Positions 12,407 to 23,994 of a DNA stretch of 64,000 nt are shown here, one piece after another. The stretch lies in contig MU271188.1 of assembly GCA_021432655.1 (NCBI GenBank), positions 115,683-179,682 on the forward strand, in the 5' to 3' direction. The translations under genes and the position numbers were made by a program. The stretch's first letter is position 1; every line of letters begins with the position of its first letter. Source of the DNA: Atractiella rhizophila (Eukaryota). The notes under the pieces were generated by a model, which did not search any database, had not been told where the DNA came from, and was given only the letters and a program-made list of their open reading frames with translations.

Positions 12407-14067
12407 ATGTCTGAGGTTGATCTTTTCCCTCCTTCTCCTACTTGGAAAGTCGAAGAGCTTCCCAGGCAAGATGGAAGGGTCATTATCGTCACCGGTAATC
12501 ATGCTCACTTAATCTCTGTATAGCATGACGAGAACTGACTTCGAGGTAGGAGGATACTCTGGAATCGGGGAGGAGACCAGTCGAGTGCGATTACCTCTGT
12601 TTTCTGCGTCGTGATTTGCTCAAATTCAGCCTGGGATTCCGGAGTAGGTCCTCCTCCTGAAAGGCGCAAAGGTTTATATCGCCGGACGATCTAAGAAGAA
12701 GGCTGAGGAGGCGATTGTACGTCTGCTGGACAAAACGGAAGTGGAAAAGGACAAGCTATGTTTCCACTCGCTGGATCTAGGCAGCATCAAGGCGGCAAGA
12801 GAGTCAGCATTCGCTTTTCTGAAGTGCGTCTTTGCCGAAACCTTATATCATACCTTTTTGACTGATTGGACCTAATAGGCTGGAGCAGAGACTTGATGTG
12901 CTCATCAATAACGCGTATGCTCGCATACATATGTTTCTGCATGCCGTGAAGTCTGCTCACATGAAGGTAGCGGCATTATGACCCCTCCGAACGGGAGTCG
13001 TGAGTCCCACCGAAACCTTATATCATACCTTTTTGACTGATTGGACCTAATAGGCTGGAGCAGAGACTTGATGTGCTCATCAATAACGCGTATGCTCGCA
13101 TACATATGTTTCTGCATGCCGTGAAGTCTGCTCACATGAAGGTAGCGGCATTATGACCCCTCCGAACGGGAGTCGTGAGTCCCATCGGTATCTATTGCCA
13201 TCATCTCTCACCTCAAGAGAAATTAGGAACCAGCGATGGCTACGAAATGCAGTTTGGGACCAACGTACGCACTTCACCTTCATCTCACCTACCTTTCACC
13301 AAAGTTTGCTAACATGCCATGTTTTGTGGAGGTTCTTGGTCATTTCGCTTTCACGATTCCTTTGCTACCTCTCCTAGAAGCCACTGTTCCTTTGAATAAA
13401 CCGGGAGCGGTGAGAATAATCCAGCTCTCCAGCGCAGGAAATCTCGTGGGTTATTCGTCGCTTGAAAACCAATACACAACTTATTGTGATTTGTGGTATC
13501 TAGTTTGCTCCGCCTGAAGGGCTCACTTTTGACCACGACAAGAAAGTAGGGACCAATAATAAAGGACTGTTTCCACCAAGTAAGTCCACTTTCGCTCGAG
13601 CGAATATTGTGCTAAGAGCCTGACTACTAGCACGTCATCGAGACTATGGTCAAAGCAAGCTTGTAAAGTCCCTTCAGCGCTTCATGAATACTGATACCAA
13701 TGTCCTTTTTATCTGACCAAAGGGCAACATCCTCATTACCCAACGTCTGGCGAAGTTGTATCCCAGCATACTATCCCTCTCCGCCCATCCTGGCGCTATT
13801 CAATCTGACCTCCTTCGGAACGAAAACTTCTTTTGGAGACAGGTTTCTCGACTGTTTCTGCAGCCAATAGAAAAGGGAGGATGGACGCCTCTGTACGCCG
13901 CACTGAGCACGGATATCGATCACAAGAGAGATAATGGAGGATATGTCAGGCCATTCGGAAGGTTGGACAGCCAGAATCCACCTTCTAGACTGCATCCGAA
14001 AGCTACGGACGAAGACTTGGAGAAGATGTTATGGGAGTTCTGTGAGAGGGAATGCGCTAAGTACTGA
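12407..14067 (+). CDS. Short-chain dehydrogenase/reductase (retinol-dehydrogenase-like), interrupted by an internal tandem duplication
   Basis: IIVTG^GYSGIG Rossmann motif, LDLGS, LDVLINNAG, DGYEMQFGTN, YGQSK catalytic YxxxK, AHPGAIQSDL, LWEFCE. Many small exons. Confidence 0.85.
12835..13184. repeat. Exact 175-bp tandem duplication (12835-13009 and 13010-13184)
   Basis: CCGAAACCTTATATC...GTCGTGAGTCCCA appears twice head-to-tail with no differences seen. Confidence 0.95.
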
Positions 14068-14398
14068 GATGACGGCGTGTGTACGTTGACATTCGACTGC
14101 ATCCAAAGCGATTTCTTCACAACTTGAACACATAATTTTACAATTCACCGCATCACCACCTCTCCTAGCTTACCAGCAGTAGCCTGAACTCTTTCTTACT
14201 TCGAGCACCTTTGATTTGAGCATTTCTGTGCCTGGTAGTCACTCCAAACGAGCATTGATTTCAAACAACCACGGGCACGAGCGACAAATTTATGAACCAA
14301 GTTGGCAGCCGATTCCGGATAACGTGAGCAACAAGGGTAGTAGACAATCCAGCCTCGAATCTTTTCATCTCATTGCACACTAGAAACTAGAAACTAGC

Positions 14399-14848
14399 AT
14401 GTCCACCTCCATCCCGCAGATCCCCCAAGACCCGCAGTCTGGCTCCTTCCACACTTCCGAACTCACACGCGCCTTGCACGAGAACAGCTCGTTCCTCTCT
14501 TCCTACACCATGGCTTCCTCTTCACCTTTCGCAACCCTGCAACTCCTGGAAGAAGGGCAACACATAGAAGTGAAAGTGTCCGAGGTGGGGTGGGAGGTTC
14601 GCTTTTCCTCCTCACTTCATACTATCGTCGATTTCCTCATACTCTGTGCCTAGATCATTGGCGAAAATGTGAAAGATGCACCGAAAAATTGGCCTCCTCC
14701 TTCTCACACCGATCGTGAGAAGAGCAACATTTTTCCGACGCTGGATGAGCTGATTGACTCTGTCTCTCCGCTTGCTCGTTCTAAAAGGCTCGGATCGTTG
14801 TTCAGCAAGCTTGAGGCTTTGCAGCAGACTAGAGAAGGGGAAGAGTAG
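14399..14848 (+). CDS. GSKIP (DUF727)-domain-like small protein
   Basis: Two exons (intron about 14597-14653): ATLQLLE..IEVKVSEVGWE^...FPTLDELIDSVSPL..RLGSLFSKL, resembling the GSKIP domain. Confidence 0.6.
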
Positions 14849-15813
14849 TCAGTCAAATCTGTTAGTTGTTAACTGTGGACAATCTAGCTTGAAAGAGGAG
14901 AGATGGAAGGGGTCAGTGCAAGTGAAAAGGACCAGTCATTCAACCGTCAGAATTTTCAGTGTTATGGTATGATAATTAGCTCATCATGCCCTTTCTCCAA
15001 CATCCACAAGCCAGGAATAGACGTGGGAAGCCTCTGAACGTACCTTCAAACTAATACTAGTCCTAAGAGTGAAGGTAATATACCGCCAGAGTAGCCAGAT
15101 ATCATCTGGATCTAGATCATAGAAGGCTAGTCAGTCAGCAACGCAGCTCCATTTACTTCAAAGATGAGTAGAAAAGTCAGATTCTTCTGCAATTTTAGTC
15201 ATTCAGTATGTCCTAAAGACTAATCGATTTTATTAAGGCTCATCATCCCTTTGTGCAAGGGCCACGATGCAATAAAAACAGCAAAGACTCACCACGGTTG
15301 CTTCATACCCCTTCTTGCGTCAATAAAATAACTTCAAACCCCCATTCATGACTATTTCTTAATAACAGGGTGGACGTGTACTGTCTCAATGTTTTTTCTT
15401 CGCGTGTGTGCGTGTGCGAGTCATCAAGGAGCATCATGATCAAGATGGCTAGTCTTGCACTGAGCTGAAAAAAACGGAGAGTAGCATACACGCGTGGTTA
15501 CACGAAGTAACCCTCGTCCCATTCAGTCCTGCTCCTGAGTAACGCTCACCAAACTTTGCAAACACGCAACGCAACCTAAGTTCTCCCGCAGTATGCCATG
15601 TCGATGTCGTATCATCTCAAAGGACGTATAACCCAGCTTGTTGCTTTACCGTTGGGGAGAAAAACTTGTTTTAAAAAAAGTGAAAACAAACGCCTTGTTT
15701 GCGTGTGTCATCAACTGCCCTCATCAAACAAACCACCATTGCCTGTAGCGACTCCCACTTCCCAGTCATAGACGTGGCCTGGAACGCCCCTTCATCGTCT
15801 CAATAGGGCCATA

Positions 15814-18800
15814 ATGGGCGATACTGAGTGCTCGAGCTGGCTGTGGTGCTGGGAGGTAGGGACGTACGTCTCCGTCATCGCGCTCTCCTTGATGGGAATC
15901 AACATGGCCTATGCGTGGTGGAACGCGGGAGATCATTATCGGTATGTCCTCTATTTCTCTATCTATTTGCTGGTGTAGGTAATGGGCTTTGTTTCGGTGG
16001 AAAGTCTCCTCAATCGCCACTTGCGCTCTCCCACAAACAGACGGCTCATTCCAGGGTCCCTGTCCGCACGTTCCCCCACAGCTTCTCCAGAACCTGAACA
16101 CCAACTCATGACCGAGTACCCGAAACCGTTACCACCCAACCCGGCGTTATATAGGAAGCTGCGCGCGAGACAAGCGGCAGGGAAGAGTTTGGGGAGCGGA
16201 ACGAAGGACGATCCGGTGCTGGTTCCGTTTTCTCTCGGAGTCGGACCGAGTGGCAGGATCGAGAGTTTGGAGGAGTATATTTCGAATCGAAGATGGGAAG
16301 AAGATGGGAGAGGCGTGAAGGACAGGGGACCAAGGTTTACAAAGTTGGGTGAAAGTAAAGGAGGAAAGGGACAGACGCAGGAAGAACATGTGAGGTATCC
16401 TCGGAGGGAGAGGGAGAGGGAAGAACGCGAGGGGAAGGGAGGGAAGAAGAGAAAAGGGACAAAGAGGAAGAATGAGAGTGATACGGACTTGGAAGAGGTG
16501 GATCGTCGACCATCAAAGAAAAGGACGCAGGAGGAGGAGGCTGCATCCGCCGCAAAGTCTTCCCGTACGTCCACCACACTGAAGAAGACGCGTAGAAAGC
16601 GTTCCCCTGCCTCTTCGCGCTCCCCTTCACCAACTTCTTCTGTTTCGTCGCGTCCCACCAAAAAGAAGTCACGCCGTGATGATCCATCTGACTCCGCCTC
16701 TTCGTCCGAATACTCAGCCATGGATGTTTCTGAGGATGAACCGGCCGCCAATCTGAAGCGAAAGGAACGACTGGACCGCAGCCCCTCTCTTGAGGGCAGT
16801 GAGACGGCGCCGTTGGACGGGAGGAGCCAGTTCGACCCTAATTTGTCGGATACGAAGAGGAGGAGGAAGAGGAGGAAGAGCAATGCATCTGTTAGTGAGA
16901 GGGAAGAGGTGGAAAAGGAGAAGAGAAAAAAGTGGGAGGGGAAGAGAGGGAAGAAGAGGGAGAGGGAGTTTGAGGAAGATGGAAGTTTCACGGCTGAAGA
17001 AAGTGAGAGGGAGGGGAAGAGAGGACGCAAAGGAGATCGAGAGGAAGGAGAGGAAGTGGATATGGATGTCGATGAAGAACCGGAAGTGAGGGGAAGAAGG
17101 GAACAGACTCCTAGCCCCAATAAGGGATTGAGGAAGGGAGGAGAGAAGAGGAGGAAGAAGAGACCATCGATGCCAAAGAGGACAGAATGGTCTTCAGTGG
17201 TGAAAGATGGAGAGACGCTCATCACCGGAGAAGATGGGAGGAAGCGCAAGTTGGTGGAAGTGGTGGAGATGCGGAAGAAGTATGCTCTGGTGCGTTCTTC
17301 GCCAATGCCTCCCTTTCCTTTGTCTAGACTGACGACTGTTTGTTGATGGTTCAGCCGAGCGATTCCGCGTTCAAACATAAAGAGAAGATGCACAAGGTCA
17401 TAGTAGAGAAGTGGCTTTTACCAGAGGAATATGAGCGGTATCAAGAAGAGGGAAAGCTCGCATGGCAGCAAGCTGATACGGAAGATGAAGGGATGCCTAA
17501 AGTCGGGACTGTGGAGGAGAAGAAGACTCCCCAAAAATCCCCTTCTCCTGCAAAGGTCCGTTAGTCTGTTTGGAATTCTGTGCCCAACTAATGGGTTCTT
17601 GTTACTGGTACAGTCGTCCCCAGGCGGTTCTACTCCCAACAAGTCAGTCGTGAACGACCTCCTCTACTCCGCCTATGGCCAGGATCCCCCCGCCTTCACG
17701 CTTTACAAGTCAACGATAGATCTGGTAAAAGGCAGACACCGACTCCCTGCCACTTCTCCAAAGAGTCCCGCATCATCAAAGAGGAGGGGAAGCCTTGGTG
17801 GCAGGAAGGTGAGGATTGCAGAAGATGAGAGGGCGGTGGAGGAGGTGAAGGAAGTCAAGGAAAAAGAGAAGGAGCCACCAAAGATTAAAGTCAGCGATTT
17901 CGTGGACAAGAAGGGAGAGGCAAAGCTGTCCACTTCTGTCTTTTCGGTTCCTGTTAGCACTGCAGAACCGAAAGCGGCGCCAACTACGAGCACAACCCCT
18001 TTCACTTCCGATTCATCACCATCAGTTTCCACGACGGGAAGTAGCGGATCCTTCCTCTCTCGTCTTGGTCCATCTCCCACTGTAGAAGCGCCTCCAAAGC
18101 CTATCGTCCCCTCATCCATCGGCACCTCGTTACCCAAGCCATCCGAACCTGTCAAACCAGCAGAGGCAAGCTCAAACCCATTCGGCTTCGCTAAACCAGC
18201 GGCAAATACAGAAACCAAGGTGACGACATCTGGCTTTGCCTTTGGCGGCCCTAAAACTACTTCATCCCCCACACCGCCCATTGCTGCTCCATCCACTTCT
18301 GCTTTTAGTTTCGGGACGACAGAGAAGACAGCTGAGAAAGCTGCTACCCCAGCTGCGTTCAATTTTGGAGCCTCTGCTTCGAGTGACAAGGGCAAGGGGA
18401 AGGAACAAGCCACGATTCCAACTACAGCCCCATCGGCGGCGTCGAGCCCCTTCCAATTTGCATCGACAAGCTCGAACTTCACTTTCGGAAAAGCCTCCAG
18501 CACCCCAACTCCAACGAACGAAGCTCCCCCACCAGCACCTCCGCTCGTCACCGCTTCCAAACCAAGCTTCTCTTTTGGAGCAGCAACGACCGCTCCGCCT
18601 GGAGCTACGCCTGGAGCACCTGTCTTTGGCACCTCCGCGCCTGCTACAACCACTTCCGTGTTCGGATTGTCGAAGCCTCCAGCTGCCCCCACCACTACAT
18701 CTTCCACTTCTACTGCCTTCGGAGTCTCGCCCGCCAGTTCAGCTTTTGGTGCTGGAGGGTCTGTGTTTGGAAAGACTGACCCTCCAGCAGCCAGTACAGG

Positions 18801-19386
18801 CATCGCAGAGCAAACCAAGCCCGCATCAGCATTTAGCTTTGGGGGTAGTGGAACAAGCACGCCTGTGCCATCTCCCCTTACTTTTGGGAACACTGACTCA
18901 AAACCGTCAACGTCTGCTTTTGGATCAACATTTGGGGTTGGAACTGCGTCATCGTCTGAGACAATCAAGCCTGCTCCAGACTCGAAATCCAACACTCCTT
19001 CCATCACTTTTGGCGCTACTGGTACTTCCGCACCATCGGCTACACCTGCTTTCGCATTTGGAGCCACAGCTCCGAAACCAGCTAATCCCGCTTTCGGATC
19101 AGGTACGTCTGCAGCTATTCCTACGTTCGGAGCATCTGCACCTTCCTTTGGTGTATCAAATACATCCACTCCCGCCTTCGGAGCCTCAGCTACCACGGCC
19201 GGAACCACGTCTTCGTCTGCGTTCTCAACGACGTCTGCTTTCGGAGGAACGAACGCATCTCCTGCAACATCAGCTTTTGGAACATCTGCTAAACCCAGCC
19301 CTTTTGGATCAACGGGTACGCCAGCTTTTAGCTTTGGAAGTGGAGGAACGAATCCTTGGGGGAAGAAGGAAGAGGAGAAGAAATGA
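15814..19386 (+). CDS. FG-repeat nucleoporin-like protein with an N-terminal transmembrane segment (POM121-like architecture)
   Basis: Exon 1 (15814-15941) encodes the hydrophobic YVSVIALSLMGINMAYAWW and splices (15942-16004) in frame to a K/R/E-rich region. Further introns at about 17290-17354 and 17557-17613. The C-terminal ~400 aa contain many FG, FSFG, FAFG and PAFG repeats. Confidence 0.75.
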
Positions 19387-21491
19387 TGGACTTGTATGTG
19401 ATAATGGTACGGTTTTGAAGGAAATTGCGAATCATTTCGCTGCTCAATATCATTTCCAAAGGTCCGTGCATTGTGCTCATTTCTTCTCATTTTGCCCAGA
19501 AAGGGAGTATAAAAGCTCCGTCTGACGAACGTTCTGGTGCAATCTGGGGTGATAAATAAAGGCTTATCCCGCGTTAATCATTTTGCACGCTTGTGTATGC
19601 TGTGATGAAAGTTTGGCTCACAGGCCTGTCGGACTCATCTGTGGGGGCGGGAGACGGACGTTCTCTTTCATAATGGAGTCTAAAATCCCGTTCTGTGGCA
19701 CGGCGTCATCAAACAATGTTCTCAATCATGCGTTTTATCGTGCACCCTCAAAGGCTTTTCAAGTCGGCGTACCTCCCAAAGTTGTCGTTGGAAGTTGATC
19801 CCTCTTTCTGACCCTTTGGTGGCGTTTGGCGTGAGATTTGATGGACATTTAAAGTCATCTAGCCATACATTTGGCTCATCAGTCCAGCCGAAGGGAGCTG
19901 TCAAGGAAACTGTGTGCAGGGCGTGCTACCGGTGTTTTGTTTCAAAAAGGCCGCAATCGTTGTCGTTGGTGGCTTTGAAGTTTCGTGACGCTTTTGACGT
20001 TCTATCTATGCTTGATACGGAAGGCACACATACTATTTTTTGCACACTACTACATATATTGTACTTAACACGGCCTTTTCAAGGACCGGAAAGATGAAGG
20101 AAATAATTGGAACCCCTATGATGACTGAAGAGGATGGAGCGACCGGACAAGCTACATGTTCGATTGCGATGGCTCAATATAAATTGTTGAATGGAAGACG
20201 GAAGCCAACAGAAAGTGGTAGAGAGCTGGAGAGGCACAGACTGACGATTATTTCGATGCGATAACGCACTGATCACTGAAGCGAGGCGGGTTGAAACGAG
20301 TTGGAAATTGTTGTAGAGACCAAGGTGATGCTCTACTGGATAGTTCAGCGGGTGGAGGAACGGGCGAGATAAATTCTCACAGCGAAAATAGAAGTGTGCC
20401 CAAAAGGACTAACATTCTCTGGAGTTGATGTGGTTAAGATATGAATCGACAGCTGTTCCTTGAGTCAACACAGGGAAGAGATTGAGCAGGAAAGTGCAGA
20501 CTCTCGAATTCCTTTTTACATTTTGGACAAGTTAACCTGATGTGGCGTCAGTTGGATCCTTGCAGGTGGGATGTGGAGGACTCACTCTCTTATGGCGTTG
20601 ATGAGTGCCTTCATGCTGAAGCTCATGTTGATGAGAAACGATACAGCTAATGAAACGGCGCTGCAATTTAACTTGCCCGGAACAAGGTCAGGAAGAAAAC
20701 AAAAGCGAGGAACCGTGCACCCACGTTGTTGGTAGAGACGGTTAAGAAAGGCCAAACTGTGGAAGGAAGATTGGCGGCTTAGAAGTGCGACAGAACTCTT
20801 TCGAAACAATTAGAGACGAGCAGGAGGCGGTTACGACGAGAAGATTTGGAGGAGGCACTGGGACTTGATTGGGAGATGGAAGACGAGGCAAGGGAAGAAG
20901 TCCCTTTTTATGGACGATCTTCGCTGAACAGGCTCAGCAAGGTTAATTCTATATGAAGGTAAGCTTCGCGCCCACACATGTGGATATGTTTATGTCTGGA
21001 GCAAAGATCAAAACCAGATTGAAAGTTATGGTCAAGGCAAACAGACATGTGCTCGAAAATGGCCTTCTGGCGCATCTCATTCTGGATCTGTAGCTGTCAT
21101 CCTGACTGACTGTTGAGAGGAACGGGTCAAGTCGCGCGAAATCATGAGTTTGTGGTTGTCAGGATATTTTTCGAACTTTACGCTTGCGAGAAGCTTGCGA
21201 GGAACTCTGGAATTGCTCAGGGAATGCTCAATGCTACAGCTGATGCGCTGACGCCGGACACCTGCAACAATGTACCTTTCCCAGTCCAACTGCAACCAGT
21301 CAGCTCAAGGAACACCGTACTTACACTAGCATCAAGGAGCGAGGCATCTCAGGTTCCCGCCCAGATCCTGGCGGGACCTTCATAATAAAATCCATGATCT
21401 TGGGTCTAAATGCGATCAAACCTTAACGGAAGCAAAAGCGGCGATATCCTAGTTAGGATATGAGTCATTGTTTGGAGCTACAATCACCACC

Positions 21492-22567
21492 ATGTCGACT
21501 TCATATTCGTATTTGTCCCTTCCTTACATCTCCGTCTACACTTCCACAGTCAGTCGTTTTCATATAGAGCAGGGGGGCTATTATTTACTGGTATCTAGAG
21601 TTTGGCCACTATCCTAGGCCTCTACCTCCTCTTTACCGGTTCTGGAGAGGCCTTCAATGTTGGATCATTTCTTGAGGCTATCTCGCCCCACGCTTGGGCT
21701 TTCCTAGGCATAGGACTCACTATTGGGCTGAGCGTTATTGGTGCCGGATGGTGAGGAGGCTAAAAAAGTTGGAGGATGCTAGGAAAGTTGACGTGGTTTG
21801 TTTAGGGGGATATTCATAACTGGCTCGTCAATCTTAGGTGGAGGAGTAAGGGCGCCCAGGATACGAACTAAAAATCTAATTTCGTGAGCCTTTGTTTGTC
21901 ATATTGGCGGGACAGGAACTCTGTGGATCGCTTTTGGAGAAGTGCACGATGTTGATGTTTGCGGTTTATTTGCAGCATCATCTTCTGTGAAGTCGTCGGA
22001 ATCTATGGCGTCATTGGAGGTGTGTATTCTATTGTCATTGAAGATGAGTTGTTTTTAAGTGCGTTCGTTGCGATCTAGCAATTGTCTTCAGCTCCAAAGT
22101 TTCCGCTATTGATTCCACAGAGGGTCTGTATACGAAGAACAACTACTTTACAGGCGAGTAAACCTTTAATGTGTTTGCTTGATCTTACTCCTCCGAGTGT
22201 AGGATATGCCTTGTTTTTCGCGGGGTTGACCATGGGTCTCTGTAACCTGTTGTGCGGTGTGGCAGTCGGCATATCAGGTTCAAATGCGGCAGTGGCAGAC
22301 GCAGCGGATGCCAGCTTGTTCGTTAAAATCCTGGTCATTGAGGTCTGCCCCAACTCTACATCTCAAGCGAACCTAACGGCCCAAAAAAATAGGTTTTCAG
22401 CAGTATTTTGGGACTGTTCGGCTTGATCAGTTCGTTTTCCATCTAATTTCATCTTCAGAAACTGAGAACCCGTCACACAGTTGGATTGCTCATCGTATGT
22501 CCCTTTTATCGCCTCAATTCCCCATCTCATTGGTCTTTAGTCTGGAAATGCCAACGAATTCCAATGA
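21492..22567 (+). CDS. VMA16: V-ATPase V0 proteolipid subunit c'' (21 kDa)
   Basis: [42 protein letters not shown]^[55 protein letters not shown]^[12 protein letters not shown]. Confidence 0.93.
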
Positions 22568-23994
22568 TCTACCGGACTTTCTCCACACTTGCCAGGTTCA
22601 AGCTCGATAGAGCGTCCCCGAAGTATCGATATCCCAAAGGTTCCCGCGAGTTCAACAACCATCTGTATAACCGCATTAACATAATCCTGCATTCTTCGAT
22701 GTTTACCTGCGAACCAAAGTTCTTCTCCTCTCATAGACACCGTGGATAATGCAATGGTCGACCTGTCCTTCCGCAGCTTCCATGGCCGTGTGAGCAAAAT
22801 CCTCCGGAGCTTTCAATTCAGTTGTCATCACAATGTGCTAACTCTCTTTCCTATTTGATGATGGCAAATCCACATTTGTGGAATGACACACAAAGTGGCT
22901 CATTTGTTTCCCCTGAGAACCGAGACAGGTAGCTGATGATGCCTACTCGAAGTTGATCCAACTCGCAAACGTGTATTCAAGTTTGGTATCGAGTTCTGCG
23001 ATCCGTTGATCTCTCTCTTATTATGGGCTGAAAGAAGCTCAGAAGAGGTCTTCGTCCTTTCCAAACTCTCTTCTTTTGTTGAAAAATGCCTTCGATCCAG
23101 CCGTTGGGACCTTCTTTCGAGAAGCTTTACAATTCGGAGGTATTTCATGCCTTTCAACATGCGCTATTTGGTTCTGCGTCATTGACGCTCTTCCCTGAAC
23201 ATCATGAACATGAACGCCTGTCAAAGTGTCCCTAACATATTTTTACAATCATCTCCGCGACGATCAGCTGATCCCTCGAATCATATCGATATGTGTAGCA
23301 CTATTAACGTCAAGGTACACTTGTCAGATTGGTCGGGTACTGAACCATGTCGGCGACGCTCATTTTTTGCCCAACCAGGCTGAAGTGCTTTCATATCATT
23401 CTGTATTGTGAAAGGCATCTATTGCCTTTACAAGCCTTCTGTCCAGTTGAATTCTTAGAGGAGAAAATGGCTCGAGCGTCCACACAAGCGTGTGAGGATC
23501 GAGATCGGTCAGGCTTGGAGGGCGGACGAATTTTGGTGCTTTTTTTGTCTATGGAGTTCTTGACGACTCGGATCAGCCCTACAGCAGTAATAGGAGGTTG
23601 CATCTCATCTCGCCCTTGGGCAACGCGTTAACCCGTTGACGGAGAGGCTTGGGCTACGGCTAAAGAGAAGCTGAGCTTGCGATGATCATCATCTTTCTTC
23701 CTTCTTTATTTTCTCAGGATCAGGCCATCTCTACATGGCGATCCCATATGTCACACCTTTCCCACCTACTCTAAAGCCGAGCGCTTCGCTCCAATGTCGA
23801 GATTGTCTAGCGTCCAGAGAGATTTTGGGACTTGCAAAGACAGGTGCAGCAGTAGTCATGGTTGGAAATCATTCATTGTCATATTCCTTTGATAATCATT
23901 TTACAGGTTGGACCGGAACCAATATGTCAAGGTATTTTGAACATAAACAAGACTCAGCACAATGTCCTTCCTTTTCATGTTTCGTGTTTCCAAT

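Noticed and set aside
15963..17393. 476-aa minus-strand ORF rich in S/L/F
   Set aside because: Mirror of the purine-rich K/R/E exon on the plus strand.
17703..19490. 595-aa antisense ORF and 429-aa alternate-frame ORF over the FG-repeat exon
   Set aside because: Shadow ORFs of a low-complexity S/T/A/P/G-coding exon that is poor in stop codons in other frames; no motif recognised.
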